From the NCBI RefSeq assembly GCF_009914755.1, contig NC_060936.1: a DNA stretch of 64,000 nucleotides. One strand, given 5' to 3'. This document shows, one piece after another, positions 12,981-32,700 of this stretch. This DNA comes from the human T2T-CHM13v2.0 reference genome, Homo sapiens. The notes under the pieces are model-generated. The model was not told where the DNA came from, made no database searches, and saw only the letters and a list, made by a program, of their open reading frames with translations. The translations under genes were made by a program, and so were the position numbers. How positions within the stretch are numbered: the first letter of the stretch is position 1; each line of letters opens with the position of its first letter.

Positions 12981-15839
12981 CTCTCTTTCCCTCTTAGTTT
13001 TAGAAAATAACTATAAGTTTGATGCATGCATAATAAAGCACCTTCTGTCTCTTTTCAATGACCACTCGATTTGTGATTTTATGACTTTTAGAGTGGTTTT
13101 CACTAGACTCTGAATCCCACTTCTGTCACTTTCAGTTTCTCCCATTGTACTGGGTAATAGCTTTTTTTTTTTCTGGTTTGAAGAAATTTATTAAAATTGA
13201 AAGACATGTTTAATCTATCCCATAAGTATCCATCAAGCTGCCTACAACAAAGACCACCCTTAACGTTTCCAGATTTCAATTTAAATGATACCTGATGAAC
13301 ATAGGCTATCAGATATTTTATTGTCATCAAGTAATCAGTGAGTCCTGGATAATAGTTCTAAAGGCCTGTTTTACCTGCTCATAACTTTCTGTTAAAAAAA
13401 ACTTCAGTTTCTGCTCTCCCGTCCATTTTGCATTTTTCCCCCTGCCATTTGAACAAGTATCCCCCAGAGAAAGATTCATCATGACTGCACATAAGGACAG
13501 CTATCCCTAAGAACAACAGAATCAGATAAGATGAAAGATAGGGATCCGAGTTGGACATTGAATGATTGCATCTGTCCTTCACAAAAAGGAAGCCTACATT
13601 TGAACTTACATGAACTCCTACTTTGAATTAAGCATCATTTTGAAAAAATGTGCAAATCATTTTATATTGGTAGCTGAATGAAAGGAAAACACTGTGTGGA
13701 TCCAGGTTATCTTTTATTTTGGTTGAGTCTGGATCTTCTGCACAGTGTCACCAGTTGCATGATGTTCCCTAATCCCTGGCTGATTTTTTATCTCAGTTTA
13801 TCTATGGACTGGGGAAAAAAATTAAGACCATGAGCAATGAAAGAATTGTTTTTATGAGATACATCCCCCCAAAAATGTACAAGAAGTATTGAGAAACACA
13901 ACCACTTGCCAATGTTTCTTTTGATTGTGATGGATTTCAATGGATTTGAAGGATAGCCAACTTTTCCTCTGACCACAAAACGTAAGAAATAGGAAGAATT
14001 ATTCTCCAACTAATCCTCCCTTAAGCTGAAAACTCACTTTTGGAGAAATTAACAAACTTTGCCAAACAGCAAATTGAGCTAGAAGAATTTGAAGAGGATG
14101 GGAACGGATTTGGAGATATTACAACTGAGTAACTCTAGCCAATTGGAAAAAATGAATCTGTCATATTTCGAAAGACTTCACTAGAGGATTTAAAATTTCT
14201 GTCAACTCTCTAACCCATGTTAAAAACTCTCACCAACAGCAAATGGTGCCTTCTATTCGACTGAAGACCTCCATGTTGTAATTTCATAGATTCTTTACAT
14301 TCTTAAAGTTCTAAAGTATTATTGAAGTAAATGAAGAAAGAAAATGATGTGTCTCCGTTCTCTTGGTCAAAACTTTTTAAAATGCAATAATTTCAATTAC
14401 ATTTTTCCTTAATTTTCCTCCCTTCAAGCTGAAAACTTCTAGCCTCTTTAATTTTTTGCTCTTATATTTCTTTTGCTTTGTGTATTAGAACATGTAGATC
14501 TGGAAGCAAAATATAGATTTAAATGCTTTAGGCTGAAATAGTTTTACTAAAATGTTCTCCATTTTGAAAAACACTTTTGGCTTTTATTTACATTTAAATG
14601 CCCTTGTAAACTGGGGATTTTTTTTTTCTAAAATGGCTTAAAACTTTTCCATCATAAAATGTAGATCACTTGATTAGATGATATTCAATCCAGTGTATTT
14701 AAAAAGAGCTTCCAATAAAAGCAGTTTCAAAGCAGCTTCTAGACTATAACTATAAAAAAGTCCATTTGCCTATTTAGTCTGCCATTGCTGAATGAAAAAC
14801 AGCTATAAATGTCATTGAAAGACAGATTATTTATTATATTTTCCCAGCTGCTTACTAGATTGGTTATTTGAGTCTCTTCTAGGTGTAAAATGCTCTATAT
14901 TAATAAATTCAAATGATGTCTGTTGTCTTGTACAAACACAGATGTCATTTTTGCAGCTAGAACTTAAGTATACAAAATTTAAAAAAATATGAATTTTGAA
15001 TTGACAGAGAGAAATATTGTAGTAAGAATGAAAAGCCTAAGCCCAACTCTTATACATTCATCTTTCACTCAACAATACAATATTTCAACTTATCACAACC
15101 TCCACTAAATAAAGTACTTTACTTTTTTGATATGTTGACATCTGATGTAATTATTTGCATGTCCTATAGACCCTTATAATTACAGTAACTTTTTCTACAG
15201 AGGACTGGATTCATAACCACGGTGAAATTTGTTTTTTCTATTGGTTTTTATAAAAATGGAAACAAGCTAGGGTATTGGTACACAGGCCAATTGGTCATCT
15301 CTCTATTCTCAGCCTTTTGCCTCACAATGATTAAAACAATGGTTCCATCAGAAAATGAGAAGATTAGCTGGACCAATCAACATAACCTAAAACGTATTTT
15401 GAGGACATGGGTCTCAGCTTTTGTTTCCAAAGCAATACAAAGTAATAATACTTCTATATGGCTGCAGGGAAACTTTAATATCAGACATTGGCCTGGCTTG
15501 GGAATCTAGCTCGAAGCAGTTCTCTACCTATTTCTGCAAGATTTATATTTGCCACATTTCAGCTTATTTTCAAGAGCCTTGTCCAGCAGCCAGAAATGGG
15601 AAGCATATTCTAAGACTGCACTTCTTTTCTCAGAGGCACGTTTGCACACTTTAGGACCACATTGTTATCATTTCATCCTCCTGGAGTGTAAAGTTTATCA
15701 TGATGATGATGGTGGTGGTGATGATTATTTATTGAGCACTGATTATCATTTATTGAGCCAGTCATTAGATTAAAAATGTTTCATTATTTAACCAATATGA
15801 CAACCCTATGTGATAGATACTATTATTATCTTTATTTGA

Positions 15840-17664
<1,825 letters not shown>

Positions 17665-18957
17665 GAAAGATGAGGATAAATAGAATCTGGAAAGCCTACG
17701 CCTTGCCCGAAATCAGACTCCTATAAATGGGGAAAGTCAGTACTCCAATACAGACTTGGCTGAGTCCAGAAAGCATACTCCTAATCGCTATGCTATACTG
17801 ATTTTAACTGTTAAAGGAATACAAAGTCATTCAGTTGAAGGTTCAAGGACATTATTTTTGTTTCATTTGAGTCTCCTCTATCACTTCTTGATACCACTGA
17901 CAAAAGCAATAAAGTCAAAACCTCTGTGGTTGCTAAACTCTTTGGAGTTACGTGTTTGAAATTAAAGGAAAGATAAATCCTAGTTGTCTCTTGGGTTCAC
18001 TACAGAACTTGATAGAGAGTCATCAACCTTTCTGCCAGGATATTTATCATCTTCGTAACTCTAGAGGAGGAGATGATTTTGCCTTGGACAAATATTTTCC
18101 TCAAAGGCATATATTAGGTAAACACTAAATGTCCTCGGTATCACTGATATCTATTTCAGCACAGCTGTGCTTATGTAAGGGAGCAGAGGAAGGTTCAGAC
18201 ATTATCTTCAACACTGGCTGATTCTGTAGACAAAATGAGAACCCATTCTCACTCCACCTCCTCAGTTTTCAGGTATTCAGTATCTTCATTTTATGCCCAG
18301 ATATTCACAGCTCTCCTCCATGGCAGCCCCATAAACACAAGTGACTCCTATTGTAGTCTTAGTCAACCATTTTTGCCTTGGAAATATAATTTATACTACA
18401 TCCTCTTAGAGTTCTGCTTCATATTAATAGTTGTGGAATTCCAAATTTCAGAGCTGAGTAGGATCATAAATATCATCTGTCATAAATATTATCTATTATC
18501 TCCTGATGCCAACAAGAGACCCAAAGCTTAAATGCATGCATGTCCTAGATTACCCAATTGATGAGTGGTAAGAGTGGAAGATGCCACAGCCTGTCTTGCT
18601 GACTCCCAGTCCAGTGTTCTTTGCACTTCACCATGCCTTTTTCCTCCTAAATCATACTGTTAGCCAGTTAATGTAAAAAGTTCATGTGCCACATTGGCCC
18701 TCATGAACAACACTCTCCCTTCCTTTCCAGTTACCATATGCATTTCAGCAGGGAATGCTTTTAGAAACAGGAGCACTGAGTAACTTTAGTGATTTAAGGG
18801 GCTCCAGGCCTAAGCAGTCCAGTTAGAAAGAGGGCCTCCTGGGCAAGCTATACTTGCATTCCTTGTTGAGACACATTCATCATAGCTGTCTTTGTTTAAG
18901 TCCAACCTCAACTCTAGAAAGGTCTTGAAAAGCCACAGACAATTCATAGAATGAATC

Positions 18958-20008
18958 ATATGATCTAGGAGCCTTTTGGTGGAGTCTTTAGGGTTTTCTA
19001 TGTATAGAATCATATCATCAGCAGAGATCATTTGACTTCTTCTTTTTTATTAGATGACTTATTTCTTTCTCTTCCCTGATTGCTCTGGCTAGGATTCCCA
19101 GTACTATGTTGAATAAGAGTGGTGAGAGTGAGCATCCTTGTCTTGTTCCAGTTCTTAGGATGCTTCCAGCTTTTGCCCATTTTGTATGATGTTGGCTGTG
19201 GGTCTGTCATAGATGCTTCTTATTATTTTGAGGTATGTTCCTACAATACCTAATTTGTTGAGGGTGTTTGTGTAGTGAATCACATTATCGATTTGTCTGT
19301 GTTGAACCAACCTTGCATCCCAAGAATAAAGCTTACTTGATTGTGGTGAATTAACCTTTTAATGTGCTGCTGAATTCAGTTTGAAAGTATTTTGTTGAGG
19401 ATTTTTGTGTCTATGTTCTTCAGAGATATTGGCCTATAGTTTTCCTTTTTCAATGTGTCTTTGCTTGATTTTGGTATCTGACTGATGTTGGTTTCATAGA
19501 ATGTGTTGTCAATTTTTTGGAAACATTTTCCTAAGATTGGTACCAGGTCTTCTTTGTAGAGCTGGTTTTCTGCCTTGATGGTCTATCTAATACTGTCAGT
19601 GAAGTGTTGAAGTCTCCCACTATTATGATGTGGCTATCTAAGTCTTTTTCATAGGTCTAGAAGAACTTGTTTCATGAACCTGGGTGCTCCAATGTCAGAT
19701 GCATAATTTAAGACAGTTAATTCTTCTTGTTAAATTGCATCCTTTATTATTATGTAATGACCTTATTTTCCCTTTTTTACTGTTGTTGGTTTAAAGTCTG
19801 TTTTATCTGTTATAAAAATAGTGACCCTTGCTCTTTTTTGTTTTCCTTGTGTGTTATAGGTCTTTCTCCATCCCTTTACTTTGAGCCTATGGGTGTCATT
19901 AAATATGAGACGGGTCTCTTGAAGACCGCAGAAGGTTAGGTCTTGTTTTTATTCAACTTGCCACTCTGTGCCTTTTAAGTGGGGTATTAGGCTGTTTGCA
20001 TTCAAGGT
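18958..20008 (-). mobile_element. Older L1 (L1PB/L1MA-like) ORF2 fragments with internal deletions
   Basis: Minus-strand [20 protein letters not shown]; endonuclease-region pieces; jumps near 19270, 19505 and 19565. Confidence 0.85.
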
Positions 20009-21572
20009 AGAAAGCAGGGTCCATGAGAAGAATGCTTACAGAATTTAGAATCACTCAGCCAGAAAAAGAAGAAAAAACAATGAAAGCTATTTTCAGAATT
20101 GCCTTCTGGTCAAGGGGATTTATAATACAGAAAAAGTTACTTGTCTTCCACACTAAAGAAAGAGAAATTGGGCTTAAATTGCAACAAGATAAATGGGTGG
20201 CCCCACTGAGAGTCTGTGTGGTCAATTAGATGGCCTCTGGAAGCTTTCTGTAGCTCTGCTATAAGGAATGAGCTTGACCTGCACAACGTGGAAAGTCATC
20301 TTATTAGAGGCATTGGAGGAGAGGTGTATGTCTGTGATGGTCAAGTCAGGCTCTTTACTGAAGGCAGAGGAGTGCAGAGCAGATGGTCTTGAGTTTCCTC
20401 ATAATCACATTACCTTAGAGTTGATTTTGTTTGCTTTAAAGCTGCTGAGGAATTTTGAGGAATCACCTACCACACACAAGCTTCTATTGTGCGACCAATG
20501 AACACACATTGTCATTGACAAAGGGATCAAATTTCATCCTGTCTCAAAAAGAGCATCCAATTTTGGACCATAATATGGTTAAAATAGCATTCTGCAAACA
20601 GGTCTCTAAATCAGTTTCTGTACTAGCACAATAAGGTAAGATCTGCAATTCTCCTCTTTGAGTTACTCCAGCTGTGCTATGAAAAGCACAAAGTCAATCT
20701 TCATTGCTACCAAAATCTGAAGGTTAAGTTTCCAGGCAAGAAAGTAGGTGGTTCTGAAGCCATGCTCAATCAGTGATGTCAACCTGTCAGAAGTAACTTA
20801 ACATGGTAGAGGCACTGGACATTTTAGTTGAAGCCTTCTTTTTCTTTCTCACTCCTGAGAAACTGACATTCAGTCACTGTATTTAAAAAAAAATCATAGG
20901 AAGAAAGATGCACTGAAAGATAATTTATAATCTGCAGACAACGAAATACCTTTTTTAATACCATCACTGTTGATTTCTTATACATCAGACCTACTGGCAT
21001 TTTCTCATGCCCTTTTGAAAACTTACAATTGTTCTGAGGCTAATGAGTGAGGGTCATTGGAATACATGTAAATCACCAATCACATTTTTTGTTGAGAGAT
21101 AAACTTCACATTCAAAGTAGAAGATTATTTCATTATTGATTTCAAAGGTAAAATAAACATTAGATCTATTTTTGTTGTCATTTTGATTTTAAAATTAAAG
21201 TCACCTTTTCAACACCTAATTCCTTATAGGTAGTCAGGAAAGCCTCCTGTGTAGGGGTAGGGAGGTTATTAGGTATTTAGACTTAGCAGGTCTCATGTTT
21301 AAAAATATTCTTCCTTACTGAAAATCCAAAATTAGCAAATCTGAACTATGTAGAGTGAATTATATTTGCAGTGAAAAAGAGGACAGAGAAAGGGATTGAA
21401 CAGCAGGGGAGATTCCATTTAAGAGATGATCCTAAGTGCAAGAGAGATAAGTTCATATTTGTCGAATTTTCATAAAAGTGGTTGTCTTCCACTGCGTATC
21501 TGCCATATTTGGGGACAAATACAGTGGTCGACTTGATTATATTCTGCAAAATTTACCTGACTTTTGTGATAG

Positions 21573-21943
21573 TATCTTAGCCCACTCAGGCTACCATAAC
21601 GAAATACCCGAGACTGAGTGGCTTAAACACAAATGTATTTCCTCATGGTTCTGGAGGCTGGAAGTCCAAGACATGGTACCAGCATGGCTAGCTTCAGGTG
21701 AAATCTCCCTTCTTGGCTGGTAGACCATCACCTTTTTGCTGCGTCCTTACATACCAGAGACAGAAAGAAAAAGAGAAAGAGAGAGAGGGAGGACCCCAGT
21801 ATATCTTCCTATATGGGCATGAAACTCATCATGAAGGCTCCACCCTCATGACTTTATCCAACCCTAATCACCTCCCAAAGGCCCTATCTCCAAATACCAT
21901 TACACTGAAGGTTAGGACTTCATACAACATTCAGTTCATAACA
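21573..21943 (-). mobile_element. MaLR solo LTR (MLT1A/MSTD-like)
   Basis: tatcttag...ttctggaggctggaagtccaag...acattcagttcataaca; degenerate TSD gatag/gacag. Confidence 0.85.
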
Positions 21944-22384
21944 GACAGTAAAATCAAAGTTTAATTAAAGTATGCATCACAATACAAACTCTACCTAGGC
22001 AAATCTTCCTTTTGTACCTTCAGACTCTTTTAAACATCCTTCAAAAATCCACCACCTTCATCCCTGGAGTTGAACCTCCCCTGGCTCCTCTCAGCCACAC
22101 CTGCATTAATCTGAGTGGCTCCAGTTCTCTGCCCCTCCTTTCTCCTCTCAACAAACTGCCAGTTCTCACCCAGGAAATTAGAAAAGGGGCAGTGTGTGGT
22201 GTCAGAAGAGTGACTGAGCTGCATTTTGTGTTGTTCAAGGGAAATATGCCTCCTTTTTATTCTTCTTGTACACCTGTCTTATGTATCTCTCATCTACTTT
22301 CTATGTCTCAGTAAGGACATGAATCTACACTGTTCCCAATGCCTTAGACCTAATGGGAAAAAGAATCAGATTGAGACTTACATG

Positions 22385-22560
22385 AGTAAAGTGCCTTATG
22401 TCCTAACCGTGCTTTCATATAAACTGATTTGTGTGGCCCTCACTATTACCTCCATTTCACAGATGAGGAAATTAACAACAAAGAAGTTGAATCCCTTGTC
22501 TGAGGACAATGAAACTTAAGTAGCGGATCCAGAATCAATCCAAGTCCTTTGAACAATAGG
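22385..22560 (-). mobile_element. MIR
   Basis: attacctccatttcacagatgaggaaat core. Confidence 0.65.
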
Positions 22561-22984
22561 CTAGGCCCTCCCATGACTTTGCAGTTATCCACCATAGAAC
22601 AACTTCATGTGGTCAGCAAGACCAGCCAATGGGGTTTGAAAATGTTTTCTTCATAATCTCTGCGATTGTGATACAACAAACTTCCTGCTGTCCCATTATT
22701 CTGAAATGCTTTTCAACATAAAACTAGTAAATTTCAATAACTGAAATGATACACAGGAGTGCATACATATGCATATATTCTTTAAAAGTGGAGAACACAA
22801 ATTACCCTAATGAGCTGCTGTCATATGCTTCTCTTAATTGTGGTCTTTCTATCCAGTTGCCTCTGAGCAGAGACTCATTTTTTTTGAGCTCTTAACTAGG
22901 TACCTGGCACAAAGCTGTATCCTATGTGAGAACCACAGGTTGCCTACCAACCAACAGCATGCACTTCAAAGCGGGACAAACCTT

Positions 22985-23185
22985 GGTCCCAAACCTGACT
23001 CTGCCAATTAGTCATGTGACTGATCTTGAGCCTTTTTTTTTTCAGCCTCAGCTTTCCCATCTGTTAAACTGAAGTAAAAGTAACAGTTAGTATTATTGCA
23101 CATGTTAAATAAGATAATGCACAGAAGGAACTCAGCACAATATCTGACATGTAGTAAATATTACCTGTTGTCATTATTATGGTTA
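22985..23185 (+). mobile_element. MIR
   Basis: gcctcagctttcccatctgttaaa...agcacaatatctgacatgtagtaa. Confidence 0.7.
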
Positions 23186-23260
23186 CCATTTATTATTAAA
23201 GGATAAACAAAGCATAGTTCCCTCAGAAGACTCACAGGATAATGAAAAAACTAAAGTAGG

Positions 23261-23565
<305 letters not shown>

Positions 23566-24270
23566 AAACTAAAAATAGGCTAAAATAATGCTGCTACAAG
23601 CAGATTTCAGAAATGGAATGGAGCAAAGAGACACATAGATTTTCTTCCTGCGGCTCTCACCCTATTAATTCCCAAATGCCATAACACACTTGCCCTAAGA
23701 CAGCAAAATCCTGACTGACTTAAACCTCGGTAATTTTTTTCCTTGGGAAATAGGAATCTCAATGCATGAAAGTACATCTGCAGAAATGGTAAGCATATGG
23801 GGTAAAAACCCAAAGCAAAAAAAAAAAAGTATAACAGCTTAGGACTCCAGCTTGATGTAGTGTTGCAATTCACAGCCTTGTCAGTCTGTTTTATAACACC
23901 ACTGCTCAAATTTGTGACAAAGTCCCAGCCCCAGAATCCTAGAATGAAGAAATTTGGCAAGGGGCAGCCTCGTTTACATTTTCTTCTTCAGAACATTTTC
24001 ATTTAGAAGTTTCTTTAATTGGCGTTTCTGGAGTAGACACCCTTGGTTACGAGCAGGGAGGTAAAAATATCAAGGCTAAGTGGGACAGAAGTCAAGTTAG
24101 GTCCAAGATTATATTCCCCAACCCCCTGCATGGGCTGGCTTTCCTAAGATGTTCATTAACAGAGGTATAAATCAGGCCCAGCAGGCTGACCAGGCACAGT
24201 GATATTTTTCTTTCTTTATCACATACTTCTCATGAGTCAAGAATTGTTTACAGAAATTCACAACTATTAA

Positions 24271-24575
<305 letters not shown>

Positions 24576-24808
24576 TAATTCATTAACTCTTATACAACCT
24601 TATGACGTGGATACTTTCATTATTCTCAGTTTTCAGAGGTAAAAACTAAGGCACAAAGAGATTAATTTACCCAAGGGCACAGAGATAGTAAATGATGGAG
24701 CTTGCACTCCAAAACCAGGCAGGCTCTGGAATTCATACTTTAACCACGACGCTATGTTTATTTGTGGGGTGTCGGGAGTGCTGGTTTTTCACTTCGTTGC
24801 AGCATGTC

Positions 24809-25147
24809 TGATATGGTTTCGCTGTCCCAACCCAAATCTCATCTTAAATTGTAGCTCCAATAATCCCCATGGAGGTGATTGAATCATGGGGGCAGGTTTT
24901 TCCATGCTGTTGTTATGATAGTGAATAAGTCTCACAATAACTTATGGTTTTATAAAAGGGCAGTTCCCCTGCACAGGCCTCTTGCCTGCCACCATGGAGG
25001 ACATGACTTTGCTCGTCTTTCACCTTCAGCCATGATTGTGAGGCCTCCCCATCCATGTGGACCTGTGAGTCAATCAAACCTCTTTCCTTTAAAAATTACC
25101 CAGTCTTGGGTATGTCTTTATTAGCACCATGAGAATAGACTAATACA
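24809..25147 (+). mobile_element. THE1 solo LTR (THE1C/D-like)
   Basis: tgatatggtttcgctgtccc...gactaataca; perfect 5-bp TSD atgtc. Confidence 0.92.
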
Positions 25148-26029
25148 ATGTCATTTATGAAACAGAGGTTATAGGTACAGACAGTGACTATGAATGTGAG
25201 TTGGGCATCTTTAGGGCCATCTGGCCTGTAGAATTGGAAAGAGTTCATGTTCCATCTCAAGGGTTAAACTTGATTTTTGCACACTGGCTTATAAGGATTA
25301 GACTTCCCCTACCTGGATACTGATAGGTTTATATACCTAAACTTTGCCAAAGGTAAATTCTACTAGGTTTGTGATTTATGATTATAAATCTTAAGGATGT
25401 GGGAATTATTACAGTCTTAAGGAGGTGGGAGGGAACAGTGAGCATCAAATATAGAACATATGGCTTCTTTTTAAAACAATTTAAATTGGACTTTTATGTA
25501 ATTTTTCATTTCTCAAATTCCCTTTTCACACTCAAATTGCAGAGCCAAATTCTACTTTAAACCAGATGATGAGTGGACAGATATTACAGTATAGTCTTTC
25601 ATTATTTAAAACTGTTGTTAAAGGGGCAAGTGGTATATTCATTCAATACTCATTCAATATTCATTCAAGTGGTCTATTTGTTTTGCTCCTATCAAATAAC
25701 ATATCTGAATTCATTCAGCAATTCAGAGGCGTTGAGGATCTATTACATGCTGGAAAATATGCCCACTGTGTGACCAGTGACTAGCACTTTGTAGGTACTC
25801 AACAAAGTGTTGACAAATGAATGGTCCCAGAGCGGAAAAGATAAATATGAGTTGCCCTGCCTTCCCGGGGATCACGGTCTAGTAAGAGTCAGTCATGAAA
25901 ACCAACTAAAATAAGATGCAATGGATTTGCAGAACAATGTAGATACATAAGCACTATAAATGACTACTTGTAGTAATATTAAAAATAGAAGTCCTTCAGA
26001 AAGAGGCAAGTTTTTTACTTTTCTTAATT

Positions 26030-29450
<3,421 letters not shown>

Positions 29451-29710
29451 TTTCAAAAACTTTCTCTTTATTTTATATTTTATGTTATTTATTTACGTAT
29501 TTATTTTTTATACTTTAAGTTCTGGGATACATGTGCAGGACATGCAGGCTTGTTACATAGGTATACATGTGCCATGGTGGTTTGCTGCACCCATCAACCT
29601 ATCATCTATATTAGGTATTTCTCCTAATGCTATCCCTCCCCTAGCCCCCCACCCCCTGACAGGCCCCCGAGTGTGATAGTCCCCTACCTGTGTCCATGTG
29701 TTCTCATTGT

Positions 29711-32700
29711 TCAACTCCCACTTATGAGTGAGAAAATGCAGTGTTTGATTGTCTGTTCCTGTGTTACTTTGCTGAGAATGATGGTTTCCAGCTTCATCCA
29801 TGTCCCTGCAAAGGATATGAACTCATCCTTTTTTATGGCTACATTGTATTCCATGGTGGATATGTGCCATATTTTCTTTATCCAGTCTATCACTGATGGA
29901 CGTTTGGGTTGGTTCCAAGTCTTTGCTATTGTGAACAGTGCTGCAATAAACATACTTGTGCATGTGTCTTTATAGTAGAATGATTTATAATCCTTTAGGT
30001 ATATACTCAGTAATGGGATTGCTAGGTCAAATGGTACTTCTGGTTCTAGATCCTTGAGGAATTGCCACACTGTCTTCCACAATGGTTGAACTAATGTACA
30101 CTCGCACCAACAGTGTAACAGCCTCTCCAGCATCTGTTGTTTCCTGGCTTTTTAATGATCACCATTCTAACTGGTGTGAGATGGTATCTTATTGTAGTTT
30201 TGATTTGCATTTCTCTAATGACCAGTGATGATGAGCTTTTTTTTCATATGTTTGTTGGCTGCATAAATGTCTTCTTTTGAGGAGTGTCTGTTCGTATCCT
30301 TTGCCCAATTTTTGATGGGGTTGTTATTTTCTTATAAATTTTATTAAGTTCCTTGTAGATTCTGGATATTAGCCCTTTGTTAGATGGATAGATTGCAAAA
30401 GTTTTCTCCAATTCTGTAGGTTGCCTGTTCTCTCTGATGATAGTTTCTTTTGCTGTGCAGAAGCTCTTTAGTTTAATTAGATCACATTTGTCAATTTTGG
30501 CTTACGTTGCCATTGCTTTTGGTGTTTTAGTAATGTAGTCTTTGCCCATGTCTATGTCCTAAATGGTATTGCCTAGGTATTCTTCTAGGGTTTTTGATGG
30601 CTGTAGGTCTTACATTTAAGTCTTTAATCCATCTTGAATTAATTTTTGTATAAGGTGTAAGGAAGGGGTCCAGTTTCTGTTTCCAGCATATGGCTAGCCA
30701 GTTTTCCCAACACCATTTATTAAATAGGGAATCCTTTCCCCATTGCCTGTTTTTTCTCAGGTTTGTCAAAGATCAGATGATTGTAGATGTGTGGCATTAT
30801 TTCTGAGGCCTCTGTGCTGTTCCATTGGTCTATATATCTGTTTTGGTACCAGTACCATGCTGTTTTGGTTACTGTAGCCTTGCAGTATAGTTTGAGGTCA
30901 GATAGCTTGATGCCTCCAGCTTTGTTCTTTTTGCTTAGAATTGTCTTGGCTATACAAGCTCTTTTTTGGTTCCATATGAAATTTAAAGTAGTTTTTTTTC
31001 TAATTCTGTGAAGAAAGTCAATGGTAGCTTGATGGGGATAGCATTGAATCTATAAATTACTTTGGGCAGTATGGCCATTTTCATGATATTGATTCTTCCT
31101 GTCCATGAGCAAGGAATATTTTTCCATTTGTTTGTGTCCTCTTTTTCTTTGAGCAGTGGTTTGTAGTTCTCCTTGAAGAGGTCATTCACATCCTTGTAAG
31201 CTGTATTCCTAGGTATTTTATCCTCTTTGTAGCAATTGTGAACAGGAGTTCGCTTATGATTTGGCTCTCTGTTTGTCTATTATTGCTGTATAGGAATGCT
31301 TGTGATTTTTGCACATTGACTGTATCCTGAGACTTTGCTGAAGTTGCTTATTAGCTTAAGGAGATTTAGGGCTGAGACGATGGGTTTTCTAAGTATACAA
31401 TCATGTCATCTTCAAACAGAGACAATTTACCTTCCTCTCTTCCTATTTGAATACCTTTTATTTCTTTCTCTTTCCTGATTGCCATGGCCAGAACTTCCAA
31501 TACTGTGTTGAATAGGAGTGGTGAGAGAGGGCATCCTTGTCTTGTGCCGGTTTTCAAAGGGAATGCTTCCAGCTTTTGATCATTCAGTATAATATTGGCT
31601 GTGGATTTCTCATAAATAGTTCTCATTATTTTGAGATACGTTCCATCAATACCTAGTTCATTGAGAGTTTTTAGCATGAAGGGGTGTTGAATTTTATCAA
31701 AGGCCTTTTCTGCATCTATTTAGATAATCATGTGGTTTTTGTCATTGGTTCTGTTTATGAGATGGATTACATTTATTGATTTGCATATGTTGAACCAGAC
31801 TTGCATCACAGGGATGAAGCTGACTTGATTGCGTTGGATAAGCTTTTCGATGTGCTGTTGGATTCTGTTTGCCAATATTTTATTGAGGATTTTTGCATCG
31901 ATGTTCATCAGGGATATTGGCCTGAAATGTTCTATTTTTGTTGTGTCTCTGAAAGGTTTTGGTATCAGGATGACGCTGACCTCATCAAATGAGTTAGGAA
32001 GGAGTCCTTCGTTTACTATGCTTTGGAATAGTTTCAAAAGGAATGGTACCAGCTCCTCTTTGTACCTCTGGTAGAATTCAGCTGTGAATCCATCTGGTCC
32101 TGAGCTTTTTTTGATTGGTAGGCTACTAATTACTCCCTCAATTTCAAAACTTGTTAGTGGCCTATTCAGGGATTCAACTTCTTCCTGGTTTAGTCTTGGG
32201 AGAGTGCATGTCTCCAGGAATTTATCAATTTCTTCTAGATTTTCTAGTTTATTTGCATAGAGGTGTTTACAGTATTCTCTGATGGTAGTTTGTATTTCTG
32301 TGGCATCAGTGGTGATATCCCCTTTATCATTGTTTACTGTGTCTATTTGATTCTTCTGTCTTTTCTTCTTTATTACTTTGTTAGTCTGGCTAGTGGTCTA
32401 TTTTGTTAATCTTAAAAAAGAAACAGTGCCTGGATTCATTGATTTTTTGAAGGGTGTTTTCTGTCTCTATCTCCTTCAGTTCTGCTCTGATCTTAGTTAT
32501 TTCTTGTCTTCTGCTAGCTTTTGAATTTGTTTGCTCTTGCTTCTCTAGTTCTTTTCATTGTAATGTTATGGTGTCAATTTTAGATCTTTCCCACTTTCTT
32601 CTGTGGGTATTTAGTGGTATAAATTTCCCTCTAAACACTGCTTTAGCTGTGTCTCAGAGATTCTGGTACGTTGAGTCTTTGTTCTCATTGGTTTCAAATA

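Noticed and set aside
13609-13674. Minus-strand exon with good splice sites (ttcattcag / gtaagt)
   Set aside because: Stops in all three frames and no other support; it could only be non-coding
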